A DNA stretch of 64,000 nt from a bacterium (GTDB lineage Bacteria; Hinthialibacterota; Hinthialibacteria; Hinthialibacterales; Hinthialibacteraceae). Below the pieces are notes generated by a model. That model ran no database searches, was not told the DNA's origin, and saw only the letters and a program-made list of their open reading frames with translations. Of the stretch, positions 43,979 through 54,003 are shown in pieces (positions within the stretch are counted from its first letter, which is position 1; each line of letters opens with the position of its first letter). The stretch lies in contig CAXXSM010000092.1 of NCBI GenBank assembly GCA_963663405.2, positions 32,001 through 96,000 of the forward strand. The letters are read 5' to 3'. The translations under genes were made by a program, and so were the position numbers.

Positions 43979-45079
43979 ATGCAGAATGTTACACGGAGAA
44001 CGAAGTATATACGAAACATCAACCAAGTATTGGAGATACCTGAAGCGGAACGAAGGGCCCTGGAACGGGTGACAGATAAGTTCGCGTTCCGGGTGAATGA
44101 TTATTATTTAAGTTTGATCGATTGGTCCGATCCGCACGATCCGATCCGGCAATTGATTATCCCACGAGAGGAGGAACTAAACGACTGGGGCAAATTGGAC
44201 GCATGCAATGAATCGTCTATCACGGTCGCAAGGGGCGTACAGCATAAGTACAAATCCACGGTCCTGCTTCTCTGCAACGAAGTCTGTAGCGCGTATTGTC
44301 GATATTGTTTCCGGAAACGGCTGTTTATGCGTTACAATGCGGAAGTGAATGTCGATATCATGGAAGGGATTCAATATATCCGGGAGAATCCATCGATCAC
44401 GAATGTGCTTTTAACAGGAGGAGATCCTCTTTTGTTAAGCACCAGCCGGATCGCATCCATATTATACGCTCTGCGGGAAATACCACACGTGCAGATTATC
44501 CGGATTGGCACAAAGACATGCGCGTTCAACCCCTGGCGATTTTTGGATGATGATGATCTAATTGATCTATTCGAACGGATTTCACGTTCCGATAAGCGAT
44601 TATATTTAATGATGCATTTCGATCATCCGAGGGAACTGACACAACCCGCAGTAGAAGCGATCAACCGGTGTATTCGAGCCGGAGCGATCTTATGCAACCA
44701 ATGCCCAATGATCAAAGGCGTCAACGATAACGCTGAGACATTGAGCGAGCTTTTCAATCTGCTGTCTTTCATCGGATGCCCTCCCTACTATATGTTCCAA
44801 GGCCGTCCAACGATGGGAAATATGCCGTACAATGTACCAATTACAAGAGGCTTCCAGATTTTCCAGGAGGCGGGACGGAGCACGTCTGGACTCGCGGGCC
44901 GGGCGCGGTTCGTGATGTCTCACGAAACAGGAAAAATCGAGATCGTTGGATTGGATGACCACTCGATTTTTTTCCGCTATCACCGCGCAAAGAATCCAAA
45001 AGATGTAGGCCGCCTAATGATCTACAAACGGGATGACACAGCGCTCTGGCTAGATGATCTAAAACCGGTTGCGGTTTGA
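43979..45079 (+). CDS. KamA family radical SAM protein (lysine 2,3-aminomutase-like)
   Basis: QHKY, CSAYCRYCFRKR, LLTGGDPL, HFDHPRE and PYYMFQ, with an AGGAGG RBS. Confidence 0.92.
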   Translation: MQNVTRRTKYIRNINQVLEIPEAERRALERVTDKFAFRVNDYYLSLIDWSDPHDPIRQLIIPREEELNDWGKLDACNESSITVARGVQHKYKSTVLLLCNEVCSAYCRYCFRKRLFMRYNAEVNVDIMEGIQYIRENPSITNVLLTGGDPLLLSTSRIASILYALREIPHVQIIRIGTKTCAFNPWRFLDDDDLIDLFERISRSDKRLYLMMHFDHPRELTQPAVEAINRCIRAGAILCNQCPMIKGVNDNAETLSELFNLLSFIGCPPYYMFQGRPTMGNMPYNVPITRGFQIFQEAGRSTSGLAGRARFVMSHETGKIEIVGLDDHSIFFRYHRAKNPKDVGRLMIYKRDDTALWLDDLKPVAV

Positions 45080-45123
45080 GAATGGAAATAGGAATAAATT
45101 GTATATTGTTTTTCTTATTGTAA

Positions 45124-45171
45124 GAGTGTGGCAAGGGTTCTCAAGAAAAGGCTTACCCTTGCCACATACTC
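45124..45171. terminator. Inverted repeat between convergent genes
   Basis: TGTGGCAAGGGT...ACCCTTGCCACA stem. Confidence 0.55.
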
Positions 45172-45277
45172 AAGATATATATTTTGTATATCTTTGATTA
45201 TCAAAGATTTAACATTTTTTATCTACGCTTTACGATTTAAACGTGAAAAAGAGTATATCGGTTTTATCCTATGTGGT

Positions 45278-46090
45278 TCACTCAAAAATCATGTAATCAG
45301 AAATAGATGTATCAATGATCCGTTCTGTTTCGTAGATTAATGCGATCTCTTCCTCTGTTAATTCTCGGTTGTAGACTCGCACTTCGTCTATCAAACCGGT
45401 ATAAAACCGTTGTTCTTCTCCTTGTATGTTCATTGCGATTTGAAACGGTTGATCGGATAAATCCGGACTGGCGGCTGTGTCCAACGCAACGCTTTCGGCG
45501 CTATCATTTGAAGTCGCTACGTTATCATACTGCCCGTCCACATAATGTTTTACTTCCAGCACAAAGACGCCATCCTCTGGAAATGTGGATGCGACATGAT
45601 GCCACTCATTATCAGCGATAAAAGTTCCCGCGACATTAAATGTACCTTGAATTTCTGTACGAATCGCGCCAACTACACCATTGCTTTCGCTGGTATTAAT
45701 CCGAAAATGGTATTTTTGGCCATTGCCTGTCGACAATCCCCATCCGAGAATTCCATGAGTGTCGATTACATCGGATTTAATCCAACACATGATGGAACGG
45801 CCTGCGTAGCCTTCTATTCCCCACCATTCCGGGGTATGGAGCGCGTCATCGCCATCAAATTCCAAGGCGGTTCCTTGAACGCCGTCTACCCATTGCGGAT
45901 CCCCCGCCAAAACTTCGGCATGAAAACCACTGCCGGATGAATCGTTCGCAACGGTCCCACTGCCCTCATCAAATGTCCAATGCCCAATCAGATCGCTGGT
46001 GATATCCTGCGCTTGCGTACCAACGGCGCAGACCAAAGTAATTAGTCCTACGCAAATCCAAACGTTAAAACTTTGATCAGATCGTTTCAT
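45278..46090 (-). CDS. Secreted LamG-like (jelly-roll) protein with an aromatic C-terminal tail
   Basis: Signal peptide, LIGHWTFDEGSG..ANDSSG, EWHHVA and GLIDEVRVYNREL. Ends DTSISDYMIFE. Confidence 0.88.
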   Translation of the reverse strand: MKRSDQSFNVWICVGLITLVCAVGTQAQDITSDLIGHWTFDEGSGTVANDSSGSGFHAEVLAGDPQWVDGVQGTALEFDGDDALHTPEWWGIEGYAGRSIMCWIKSDVIDTHGILGWGLSTGNGQKYHFRINTSESNGVVGAIRTEIQGTFNVAGTFIADNEWHHVASTFPEDGVFVLEVKHYVDGQYDNVATSNDSAESVALDTAASPDLSDQPFQIAMNIQGEEQRFYTGLIDEVRVYNRELTEEEIALIYETERIIDTSISDYMIFE

Positions 46091-46254
46091 ATCTTCCTCC
46101 ACTGGATTCAAATTATATAACACGATTTCGATCTTATCCTCTCATAACATCGTTCTTTATGTCAAGAAATCTTCTTGACCGTTTGGATTTAATTCATATT
46201 TTGATAGGATTAAAAAAATTACGATAGAGTATGAAAAGACTTGCTCAGTGCTTC

Positions 46255-46345
46255 ATATAAAAATGAGTTTCTAAGGTTTTCTCGTTCGCAATGCCTCCCT
46301 CAACTCATTTTCATTTGCAGGTTGTGATCTCGATCATACTGGTTT
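46255..46345. repeat. Dispersed structured intergenic repeat, copy 3
   Basis: AAAATGAGTTTCTAAGGTTTTCTCGTTCG...AACTCATTTTCATTTGCAGGTTGTGATCTCGATCA, close to copy 1. Confidence 0.85.
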
Positions 46346-46357
46346 ACATGAAAGGAT

Positions 46358-47782
46358 TTATGCCCCTCGGCCTGAGAATAGAAGGTTTTTGATCTTAGCC
46401 AGGGCGGCTCGCAGGTAATTGAGGGCGGTGGATGGGGAACCGGCGTTTTTTAATGTACGGAGAATATAGCGCGGACGCAGATACATCTTCCATAGCGCGC
46501 GGCGGCGCCATGTTGCCAATTCTTCCGGGGAAAGAGTCTCTGTAGATACAGCGCCGAAAGCATAGCCTCCACCACGCAGCCGTTCGCGGGAAATAAGCCC
46601 CCGCTCCGTGGTCATGGATGCCAGTTCTGTACCCGGGAGTGGAAAAGCGACGTTGAAATCGAAGAAATCAGGATCGAGTTCCCGCGCGAATTGGATCAAT
46701 TCGCGGATGCTTTCCTCCGTATCCCAAGGAAAACCAAAGACGAAGAAGGCGTGCGAGCGAATACCCACCTCCCGGCAGAGGCGTACCGCTTCAACCGCTT
46801 GTTGCGCCGTGGCGCGTTTTTTCATCCATTCCAGGTGTTGGTTGTTTCCACTTTCCACGCCGAATCCAACCACCCAGCATCCAGCGCGTTTCATCCATTG
46901 CAGCCGTTCGGCGTCGATGCTGTCTACACGGCTGTTACATCCCCACCGGATGGGGAGCTCTTTATCTAAAATCAATTGACAGAGGGCGATTACCCACTTT
47001 TTGTTCAGGGTAAATGTATCCGCATGAAAGAGAAATTCCCGGATTCCATATTGATTCACGCATTCTTCTATTTCAGCCACGACGCTTTCCGGCGGCCGGA
47101 CGCGCACATTCGTTCCCGTGAGGACAGGGACGGAACAGAAGATACATTGATGCGGACAACCGAGAGAAGTGACGATCGTCGTCAATGGATTCCGGGTTTC
47201 GGGGCTGCGGTAAAGATCGTTCTGGATCAGGTTTCGCGCGGGAAAGGGAAGCGTGTTTAAATCGACAAACTGTTCCCGGATGGGTGTGCGGACGATTTCC
47301 TCATTGCGGAGAAATGTAACGCCGGGGATTTGGGACCAGTCATCCGACCGTATGAATTCAGCAATAGTTCCTTCCACCTCGCCACGCAGAATGATATCCA
47401 GCGAGCGTGTTTCCTGGATAATTTCCTCATCCATCCAGTGAAGAGGCTCTCCTTTGGCAGCGGTAATGGTGTTGGGGAGGCGTTCTTTGATGAGAGCAGT
47501 CGTGCGCAGATCGTTTTCGAGAGTCGCGATTGTGACAGTCAGGATGGCGTAATCCGGTTGGATTTCAACGAGATCAGCGAGAAAAACATCTTCCCCATCC
47601 CGCTGAGCGGGATAATCGCGAACCCAGACCGTATACCCTTCCTTCTCTAAAATCGCCGCGCAATAGAGTAGTTCCATCGGCGGGAAAACCACATTAACGG
47701 TCTGATCTTCTACCCGGTTCTGGCACCGGTTATCCCGCCGGTACAATCCAGAGGGAGGATTGAAGAGAAGGATTTTTTTCAT
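46358..47782 (-). CDS. B12-binding-domain radical SAM protein
   Basis: N-terminal cobalamin-binding-like domain, GCPHQCIFC and FGVESG. Confidence 0.9.
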   Translation of the reverse strand: MKKILLFNPPSGLYRRDNRCQNRVEDQTVNVVFPPMELLYCAAILEKEGYTVWVRDYPAQRDGEDVFLADLVEIQPDYAILTVTIATLENDLRTTALIKERLPNTITAAKGEPLHWMDEEIIQETRSLDIILRGEVEGTIAEFIRSDDWSQIPGVTFLRNEEIVRTPIREQFVDLNTLPFPARNLIQNDLYRSPETRNPLTTIVTSLGCPHQCIFCSVPVLTGTNVRVRPPESVVAEIEECVNQYGIREFLFHADTFTLNKKWVIALCQLILDKELPIRWGCNSRVDSIDAERLQWMKRAGCWVVGFGVESGNNQHLEWMKKRATAQQAVEAVRLCREVGIRSHAFFVFGFPWDTEESIRELIQFARELDPDFFDFNVAFPLPGTELASMTTERGLISRERLRGGGYAFGAVSTETLSPEELATWRRRALWKMYLRPRYILRTLKNAGSPSTALNYLRAALAKIKNLLFSGRGA

Positions 47783-49089
47783 TTTTTGTCTGTTGCGGGG
47801 GTAGGCGTTGTTTGCGCGGCTTTCTTTTCTTCCAAACGCCGCCGTTCTTCCCGCAACATGTACTGCATCATCGCATTGACCTGCTGCATCGCTTCAGGAA
47901 CACTGGAATACGCTTTTCGGATTCGTTCAAGCGTCTCTTTCGCTTTGTTAAACTTGTCTAGTTTGATGTAGGCGTCTGCAATATTGAACATGGCGGAGAT
48001 AGGGCTTTCAGGGGTTGGCGGTTCAGCGATGTATTTTTCATAGTTGGCGATGGCCTCGCTTAGGTATTTCTCCGATTCCGCCGGTGTTGTGTCTCTGATG
48101 AGGCTGGCGATTTCGACCCGCGCTTTATTCGCATAATCCGATTCCGGGAATTCATCGATCAGACGGTGGTGTTCATGCGTCAACACCGCGATCTCTTCCG
48201 GCGAGTAGCCCTCACCATCTTCACGGAACAGAAATTCGAGGCTTTGGATCTTCCAGACGATTAATTTGGGTTTTTCTGATTCGAGAATATCGGGATGCTT
48301 TTGGAGTTGGTCATAGATCGTAGCGGAAGAGATATAATCACCCGCCCGCGCCCAGGTATGCGCCCAGGCGATGACATTATTATTCTTGGCCCAATCCAAT
48401 CCCAATCGTTCGGGATTCATACCTTCGACGCTCGTGACGTTACGAATAATACCAAGTGTTCGCGAAAATGTATCCCGCGCCAGTTCGAACTCACCGCTGG
48501 CTTGATAGACATTCGCTTCCCCCGCCAAAGCTCTCATTTCCATGTCGTACGCCATCGTGGGATCCTCGATCGATTCCCCAGCGATTTTCATGATCTTCTC
48601 ATATTCGGTAATGGCGTCTTCCGTCCGTTTTTGGGAAGCGTAAACATTCGCCAGCGCGGAATACGCTTGGCTTTGGATTTCGGGATTGGTTGTAGCGCTG
48701 GCGATTTCCGCGAAATGGGAAGCGGATTTGATCAAATTTCCTTCATCAAAATAGGTACGGCCAATTTGAAAATCACAGGAGAGAACTAAATTCGGAATGT
48801 TGGAGAATTTTTCTCTGACCTGCTGAAAAACCTTCCGGGCGCTGGCGAAATCTTTCATCTTATAATGGCAATTGGCGAGTAAATCATAGGCTCTTAGAAG
48901 CCGTTCGTCATCCGGAAATTTTTCCACGAATTCTTCAAAATTGAGCGCGGCGCCGATGACGTCACCATCTTCCAATGCGCGGAGACCACGATTAAACACC
49001 GCTTCCGGTGTATTGGACGCGCAGGCGCTGAGCAATCCAATGATTCCTATCAAACCGATACAAATAGCGATCCCGATTCTTCCATTCAT
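47779..49089 (-). CDS. TPR-repeat lipoprotein
   Basis: LLSAC lipobox and multiple TPR-like helices. Confidence 0.82.
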   Translation of the reverse strand: MNGRIGIAICIGLIGIIGLLSACASNTPEAVFNRGLRALEDGDVIGAALNFEEFVEKFPDDERLLRAYDLLANCHYKMKDFASARKVFQQVREKFSNIPNLVLSCDFQIGRTYFDEGNLIKSASHFAEIASATTNPEIQSQAYSALANVYASQKRTEDAITEYEKIMKIAGESIEDPTMAYDMEMRALAGEANVYQASGEFELARDTFSRTLGIIRNVTSVEGMNPERLGLDWAKNNNVIAWAHTWARAGDYISSATIYDQLQKHPDILESEKPKLIVWKIQSLEFLFREDGEGYSPEEIAVLTHEHHRLIDEFPESDYANKARVEIASLIRDTTPAESEKYLSEAIANYEKYIAEPPTPESPISAMFNIADAYIKLDKFNKAKETLERIRKAYSSVPEAMQQVNAMMQYMLREERRRLEEKKAAQTTPTPATDKK

Positions 49090-49412
49090 GAAGTTCAACC
49101 TTTGTTCCGTTTTTGGCCGAATAGAGGCACAACCGTTTCCCATCATGCGGCGATTGGCCGTATTCTTTCTATTCTATTCGGTGATGGATTCATATGACTA
49201 CGAGATATGTAAAGACATGTCATTTTGAGATTATCCCATTTTCTGTAAAAAAAGGAAGCCGGAGAGGAACTTCCATCCCGGAAAGGTATTGTCAGCAATG
49301 GGTAGGAGATTTGACGTTTTTATGGCAAAATATAGGGCATTTGCCTTCCTCAAATCACGTAACGGAGGGAATTGATTGAATTTGCTGGCATATGGAAAAT
49401 GGGGTAATCATC

Positions 49413-50674
49413 ATGAAACTGCATACAAAAATCTTTATCGGCCTGTTCGCCGCGATTCTATTTGGCGGGATCATTCAATACTTGGGATTTGAGGCGGAAC
49501 AATTAACCACGCTCTCCATTCTGCTCAACCTTGTGGCGCAGATCTTCCTGCGTCTTTTGAAAATGATCGTAGTTCCAGTAGTCGTCAGTTCGTTGATCTG
49601 CGGGATCGTGGGCGAGGGGAAACTGGGAACTCTTGGAAGGCTGGGGCTCCGTACAATCGCTTTTTATTTTGTTAGCACATTGCTGGCGATCCTGACGGGT
49701 TTTCTCTTTGTGAATCTCATTCAACCCGGCGTGGGCAGCAATCTAGATCTCGAAGCGCCCGGAGAGTCTCTGGGAGAAGCCGGGACATGGACCGATTTGA
49801 TTCTGCGCATCGTGCCCAGCAATTTCATCGGCGCGCTGGCGTCGGGCGATATGATCGCAGTAATCTTCTTCACAGTGATGTTCTCGATCTTTTCTTTCCA
49901 AGTTTCAGAAGAATCCCGTGGGCAGATCGTCAGTTTTTTCCGTGCGGTGTTGGATGTTGTGATGTCAATGACGATCTTTATTATCGGATTGGCGCCGGTT
50001 GGTGTGTTTTGCCTGGTCTCCGACTTGATTATTCGGACAGGGTTTGGACCATTTATTCCACTGGGATGGTATTGTTTTACAGTGGGTCTCTCACTGGCGA
50101 TCCATTTTACACTGACTCTTCCCCTGTTGCTGTATCTATTAACCCGGCTTTCCCCCGTCCGGTTTGCCTCGGCGATGGCGCCGGCGTTGCTCACGGCGTT
50201 CTCTCTACCGCCTCCAGCAGCGCGACGCTGCCCCTCACGATGGCGTGCGGAGAACGTCGGGCTGGAGTTCATAAACGGATCAGCAGTTTCGTTCTCCCTC
50301 TCGGCGCGACAGTGAATATGGATGGAACGGCGCTGTACGAATGCGTGGCGGTGATTTTTATCGCGCAGGCGGTGGGGCACGATCTATCCGCCATCGATCA
50401 GGTGACAATCATCTTCACAGCGCTGCTAGTCTCAGTCGGCGCGGCGGGGATCCCTCACGCGGGGCTCGTCATGATGGTGATTATTTTCAACGCTGTCGGT
50501 TTACCTCTCAAAGCGACGGGGATGATTTTCGCCGTGGACCGGGTTCTCGATATGGCGCGCACCATGACCAACGTCTGGAGCGACAGCACGTGCATGATCG
50601 TCGCCGCTCATTTTGAGGACGAGATCGACCGGGATGTGTTTAATGGGGAGAATGTGGACGTAGAAATGGGATGA
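49413..50674 (+). CDS. Dicarboxylate/amino acid:cation symporter (GltP/DctA family), frameshift near 50205
   Basis: [33 protein letters not shown] and [12 protein letters not shown]. There are two extra bases in TCTCTCT. Confidence 0.9.
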
Positions 50675-50985
50675 GAATCCTCTTTTCTTCTACTTTGTTC
50701 TTTTAAATAACGTGTTAAGCTATCTATGTTAGATAAATTTATATTTGAGTAATATTCTGCAAAATATCCTGCCATTTATTTAATAGTGTTGAACCGATTA
50801 GGAAAATCATCCTTAAACGGTGAGGCGGCATGTGATGTCCTTTCGGGAAAGAAAATCTATAAATAAATGATTTAACTAAGGATAGGTGTGGAATTTTACC
50901 GGGAGAATGTTTTCAGTTTACGTAGTAACCGTATGAATTTGTTATGAGATTTATTCATTTTCTTTTTTGAAAGGATTGCCCAATA

Positions 50986-51693
50986 ATGATGAAAAGAACG
51001 AAAGCATTTACACTGATCGAACTCCTGATTGTCGTCGCAATTATCGGCATTCTAGCCGCCATCGCCGTGCCGAATTTTCTGAACGCGCAAACCCGCGCGA
51101 AATTGGCGCGGTGTAAATCAGACCTGCGGTCGATCGCGATGGCGGCGGAACAGTATTTCCTGGATGTGAATGATTATCCACCCAGCCACATGATCTGGAT
51201 GCTCAGCACGCCCGTACCCTATATCGCCAACATTCCCAAAGATGTTTTTCCACCACCCTATGAAAACAATAGTCAACAGCCCCAAACGTACGCTCAATGG
51301 ACCTGGTACCGTTACATGTCTCTCCCAAAGGGGACAACGGATATGGTACAGCGGTCTGCGGTGATTATTGGGCTTATTTCGAACCGTACGCGTTACGTAG
51401 CGAAGCGATGAATCTTTCGTCCCAAAAAGGATGTGGGTCCGTACGATGGTATACAAAATCATTTGGGGACTAACGCAGGAATGACGGGATTATGCGGGAC
51501 GAACGGGGATGACTGCACGCTCCGTTTTGATCCTACAAACGGCCTGGTGAGTATTGGGGATGTCGCAATCTTTGGACCGGGGGACGATTGGAGTAATGAT
51601 TCAGATTCTTGCAGGTATTTTTTAGATGAATACTATACTATTGAAGGATTGAAATGGAGACAGGTTTTTAGGGTTGGAAAGCCCCTGCTTTAG
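50986..51693 (+). CDS. Prepilin-type N-terminal cleavage protein (GspG-like), at least two frameshifts
   Basis: AFTLIELLIVVAIIGILAAIAVPNF, with RFDPTNGLVSIGDV in a later frame. The 3' end is uncertain. Confidence 0.8.
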
Positions 51694-51699
51694 ATCCGA

Positions 51700-52080
51700 T
51701 CACCCTTCGAGAATCACTTGAGCTTGGGCCATGTCACCGTCATGGGTGATGGTGACGTGGCGGCTTTTCACACCCTTTTCTTCACAAAGCAGGCGGGCTT
51801 TTCCTTCCACATGCAAGATTGGTTTTCCAGTAGATTCGTGTGTAATATAGATCTCCGCCCAGGAGATACCTTTGCCGGGGAAATCCCCAAACGCCTTTAA
51901 TGTCGCTTCCTTGACCGCAAAGCAGGCCGCTAAAAACTCCGCGTCTTTTCTACGTTTTCGCGAGAATTCGATCTCCAAGGGATGATAAATTCGTTCTAAA
52001 AAACGCTCACCGTACCGCTCCAACGTTTGAGCGATCCGTGAGATGCGGGTGATATCAATTCCAATTCCAATAATCGCCAT
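51700..52080 (-). CDS. acpS: Holo-ACP synthase
   Basis: GIGIDI, FAVKEA, GKP and TITHD. Confidence 0.92.
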   Translation of the reverse strand: MAIIGIGIDITRISRIAQTLERYGERFLERIYHPLEIEFSRKRRKDAEFLAACFAVKEATLKAFGDFPGKGISWAEIYITHESTGKPILHVEGKARLLCEEKGVKSRHVTITHDGDMAQAQVILEG

Positions 52081-52158
52081 ACATTCTCTTACTTACCGAA
52101 GAATTGTATGTAATATCTCTTCGGTGATCTTTTTATTTATCCTTAAACTTTAAGTCAC

Positions 52159-52779
52159 TCAGAGACTATTTTGATTGAGCCACACAGAGACTATATTGGT
52201 ATAATCATTGAATGTCATCTCGTCTTCTTCGATCCTGATCCCGCCGCAAAGCATTGGAAGATCCGTGCGAAATTTAGAATATCTTCTGCAAATCTCTCTT
52301 CCCCCAGGTATCGTCTTCCGCCTTGAGGAATCACTCAACCAGTCGCGAACAATCTTTATTGCTTTCTCAGGATCGTTTGAGTGATCTTTGATATCCTGGC
52401 CAGCAATATCCGAGATGAAACTCTGGTATCTGAAGGGTTCCCGATCCAGTATTAAACAAACTTTCGATTTCTGCCTTTTATCGCCGAATCTCTTTGCGCT
52501 GAGAAATAGGCCCAGTTCAAGCGGCATATTGAAGCGGGGAAGACCTGTTTTATCATCGAGTTCGGTCCTGGAAATATCATGTATCCCGTAGTTCGAGCCT
52601 TGAATGATCTTAAAGATCTTATCGATTCGAACTTGACTCGAATCATCAATCTCCATAGCGCATCGAGCTACAAATCCACAGTCGAAAACGGCAAAGACGA
52701 TAGCATTAAAAATAGTTAAGTATTGTGTATCAAAGGGACAGTTGATGAAGACGGAGCCGGAGTATTTTGATGTCGACAT
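52159..52779 (-). CDS. Conserved hypothetical protein with TIR / nucleoside 2-deoxyribosyltransferase-like motifs
   Basis: VFINCPFD...IHDISR...RFNMPLELG...SDIAG. The fold is inferred. Confidence 0.7.
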   Translation of the reverse strand: MSTSKYSGSVFINCPFDTQYLTIFNAIVFAVFDCGFVARCAMEIDDSSQVRIDKIFKIIQGSNYGIHDISRTELDDKTGLPRFNMPLELGLFLSAKRFGDKRQKSKVCLILDREPFRYQSFISDIAGQDIKDHSNDPEKAIKIVRDWLSDSSRRKTIPGGREICRRYSKFRTDLPMLCGGIRIEEDEMTFNDYTNIVSVWLNQNSL

Positions 52780-52789
52780 TTATCGAACC

Positions 52790-53281
52790 TTAATTCTCCT
52801 TTGTCGTTTTCTTTCTAGTCGTCGACATCAGAGCCTCCGTTTTCTTTCTAGCCGCCGTCATCAGAGCATCCATCTTCTCCACCGGCATTTCCATCGCCAC
52901 CCTTTTCAGAGCCGCCATCAGAATTGCAATCTTCTCCACCGGCATTTCCATCGCCGCCGCATTCAGAGTCTCCCTCTTCTCCATCGCCTCTTCCATCAGA
53001 GCCGCCATCTTCTCCACCGGCATTTCCATCGCCGCCGCCCTCAGAGCCTCCATCTTGTCCACCGGCATTTCCATCGCCACCGCCTTTAGAGCCGTCATCA
53101 GAGCCGCCATCTTCTCCATTGGCATTTTCATGGCCACCGCCTTCAGAGCCTCCATCCTCTCCACCGGTATTTCCATTGCCACCGCATTCAGAGCGGCCAC
53201 TTTCATGACAGCTTCACGGATTGCGGCTTTCTTTCGTGCAGAAATTTTCCCAGCAGGGCTTTTTACCGTTCTTTGTGCCAT
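52790..53281 (-). CDS. Small basic protein expanded by Met/Ala-rich tandem repeats
   Basis: GAGGAG RBS, Lys/Arg-rich ends and six AMEMPVEKM-like units. Confidence 0.65.
   Translation of the reverse strand: MAQRTVKSPAGKISARKKAAIREAVMKVAALNAVAMEIPVERMEALKAVAMKMPMEKMAALMTALKAVAMEMPVDKMEALRAAAMEMPVEKMAALMEEAMEKRETLNAAAMEMPVEKIAILMAALKRVAMEMPVEKMDALMTAARKKTEALMSTTRKKTTKEN
52860..53195. repeat. Imperfect in-frame coding tandem repeat
   Basis: Six copies of the core CCATCTTCTCCACCGGCATTTCCATCGCC, spaced by multiples of 3. Confidence 0.85.
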
Positions 53282-53319
53282 GATTTCTCCTCGTGCGATT
53301 AAGACTCCCAATAATTATA

Positions 53320-54003
53320 CTACGAAAGAGAAGCGTGTTCCATCACAATGCGGCAAAGTTCATCGATCACCTCATCTTGTGTAAGGTGGGTTGTATCCAC
53401 GATGATGGATTCGCCTGTCTTTTTCAAGGCGCCGGTTGGACGGGATTGATCCCGCCGGTCCCGCTCGAGTAAATCCGCATAGGTTTTTTCAAATGTGACA
53501 TCTTTTCCTTTTTCGATCAACTCGCGATACCGGCGTTCGGCGCGGATTTTAGGATCGGCGTCCAGAAAGAGTTTGATCTCCGCGCAGGGGAAGACGACCG
53601 TGCCGATATCGCGCCCTTCCATGACAACATTCCCCTGCTCTCCCATTCTCTGCTGTTGATTGACAAGGTGTTCTCTTACTTTTATGTTATCGGCGATTGA
53701 GGAAGTGTTCGCGCTGACTTCCGGCGCACGGATCGCTTCCGAAACGTCTTCTCCATCACAAAGAATCCGCAACGCGGCGTCTTCGCGCACAAAGCGCAGT
53801 TCCGTTTCTTCCGCCATTTTCGCGATGGTTTCCGTATCACTAAGATCAAATCCCAAACGCATCGCTTTGAGGGTGACAGCGCGATACATGGCGCCGGTGT
53901 CGATATATAGAAATCCGAGCCGCTGCGCCAATGCGCGCGCGACGGAACTTTTCCCGACTCCAACGGGGCCATCGATGGCGACAATGGGGCCTTTTCGTTT
54001 CAT
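53320..54003 (-). CDS. cmk: Cytidylate kinase
   Basis: AIDGPVGVGKS, YIDTGAMYR and MEGRDIGTVVFP. Confidence 0.96.
   Translation of the reverse strand: MKRKGPIVAIDGPVGVGKSSVARALAQRLGFLYIDTGAMYRAVTLKAMRLGFDLSDTETIAKMAEETELRFVREDAALRILCDGEDVSEAIRAPEVSANTSSIADNIKVREHLVNQQQRMGEQGNVVMEGRDIGTVVFPCAEIKLFLDADPKIRAERRYRELIEKGKDVTFEKTYADLLERDRRDQSRPTGALKKTGESIIVDTTHLTQDEVIDELCRIVMEHASLS

Noticed and set aside
52860-53195. Repeat array as CRISPR
   Set aside because: Units are degenerate, the spacers resemble each other, spacing keeps the reading frame, and there are no cas genes.
52742-53384. Plus-strand His/Arg-rich and Pro/Ser-rich ORFs
   Set aside because: These are antisense shadows of the repeat. 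The minus-strand ORF has the RBS and fits the operon direction.
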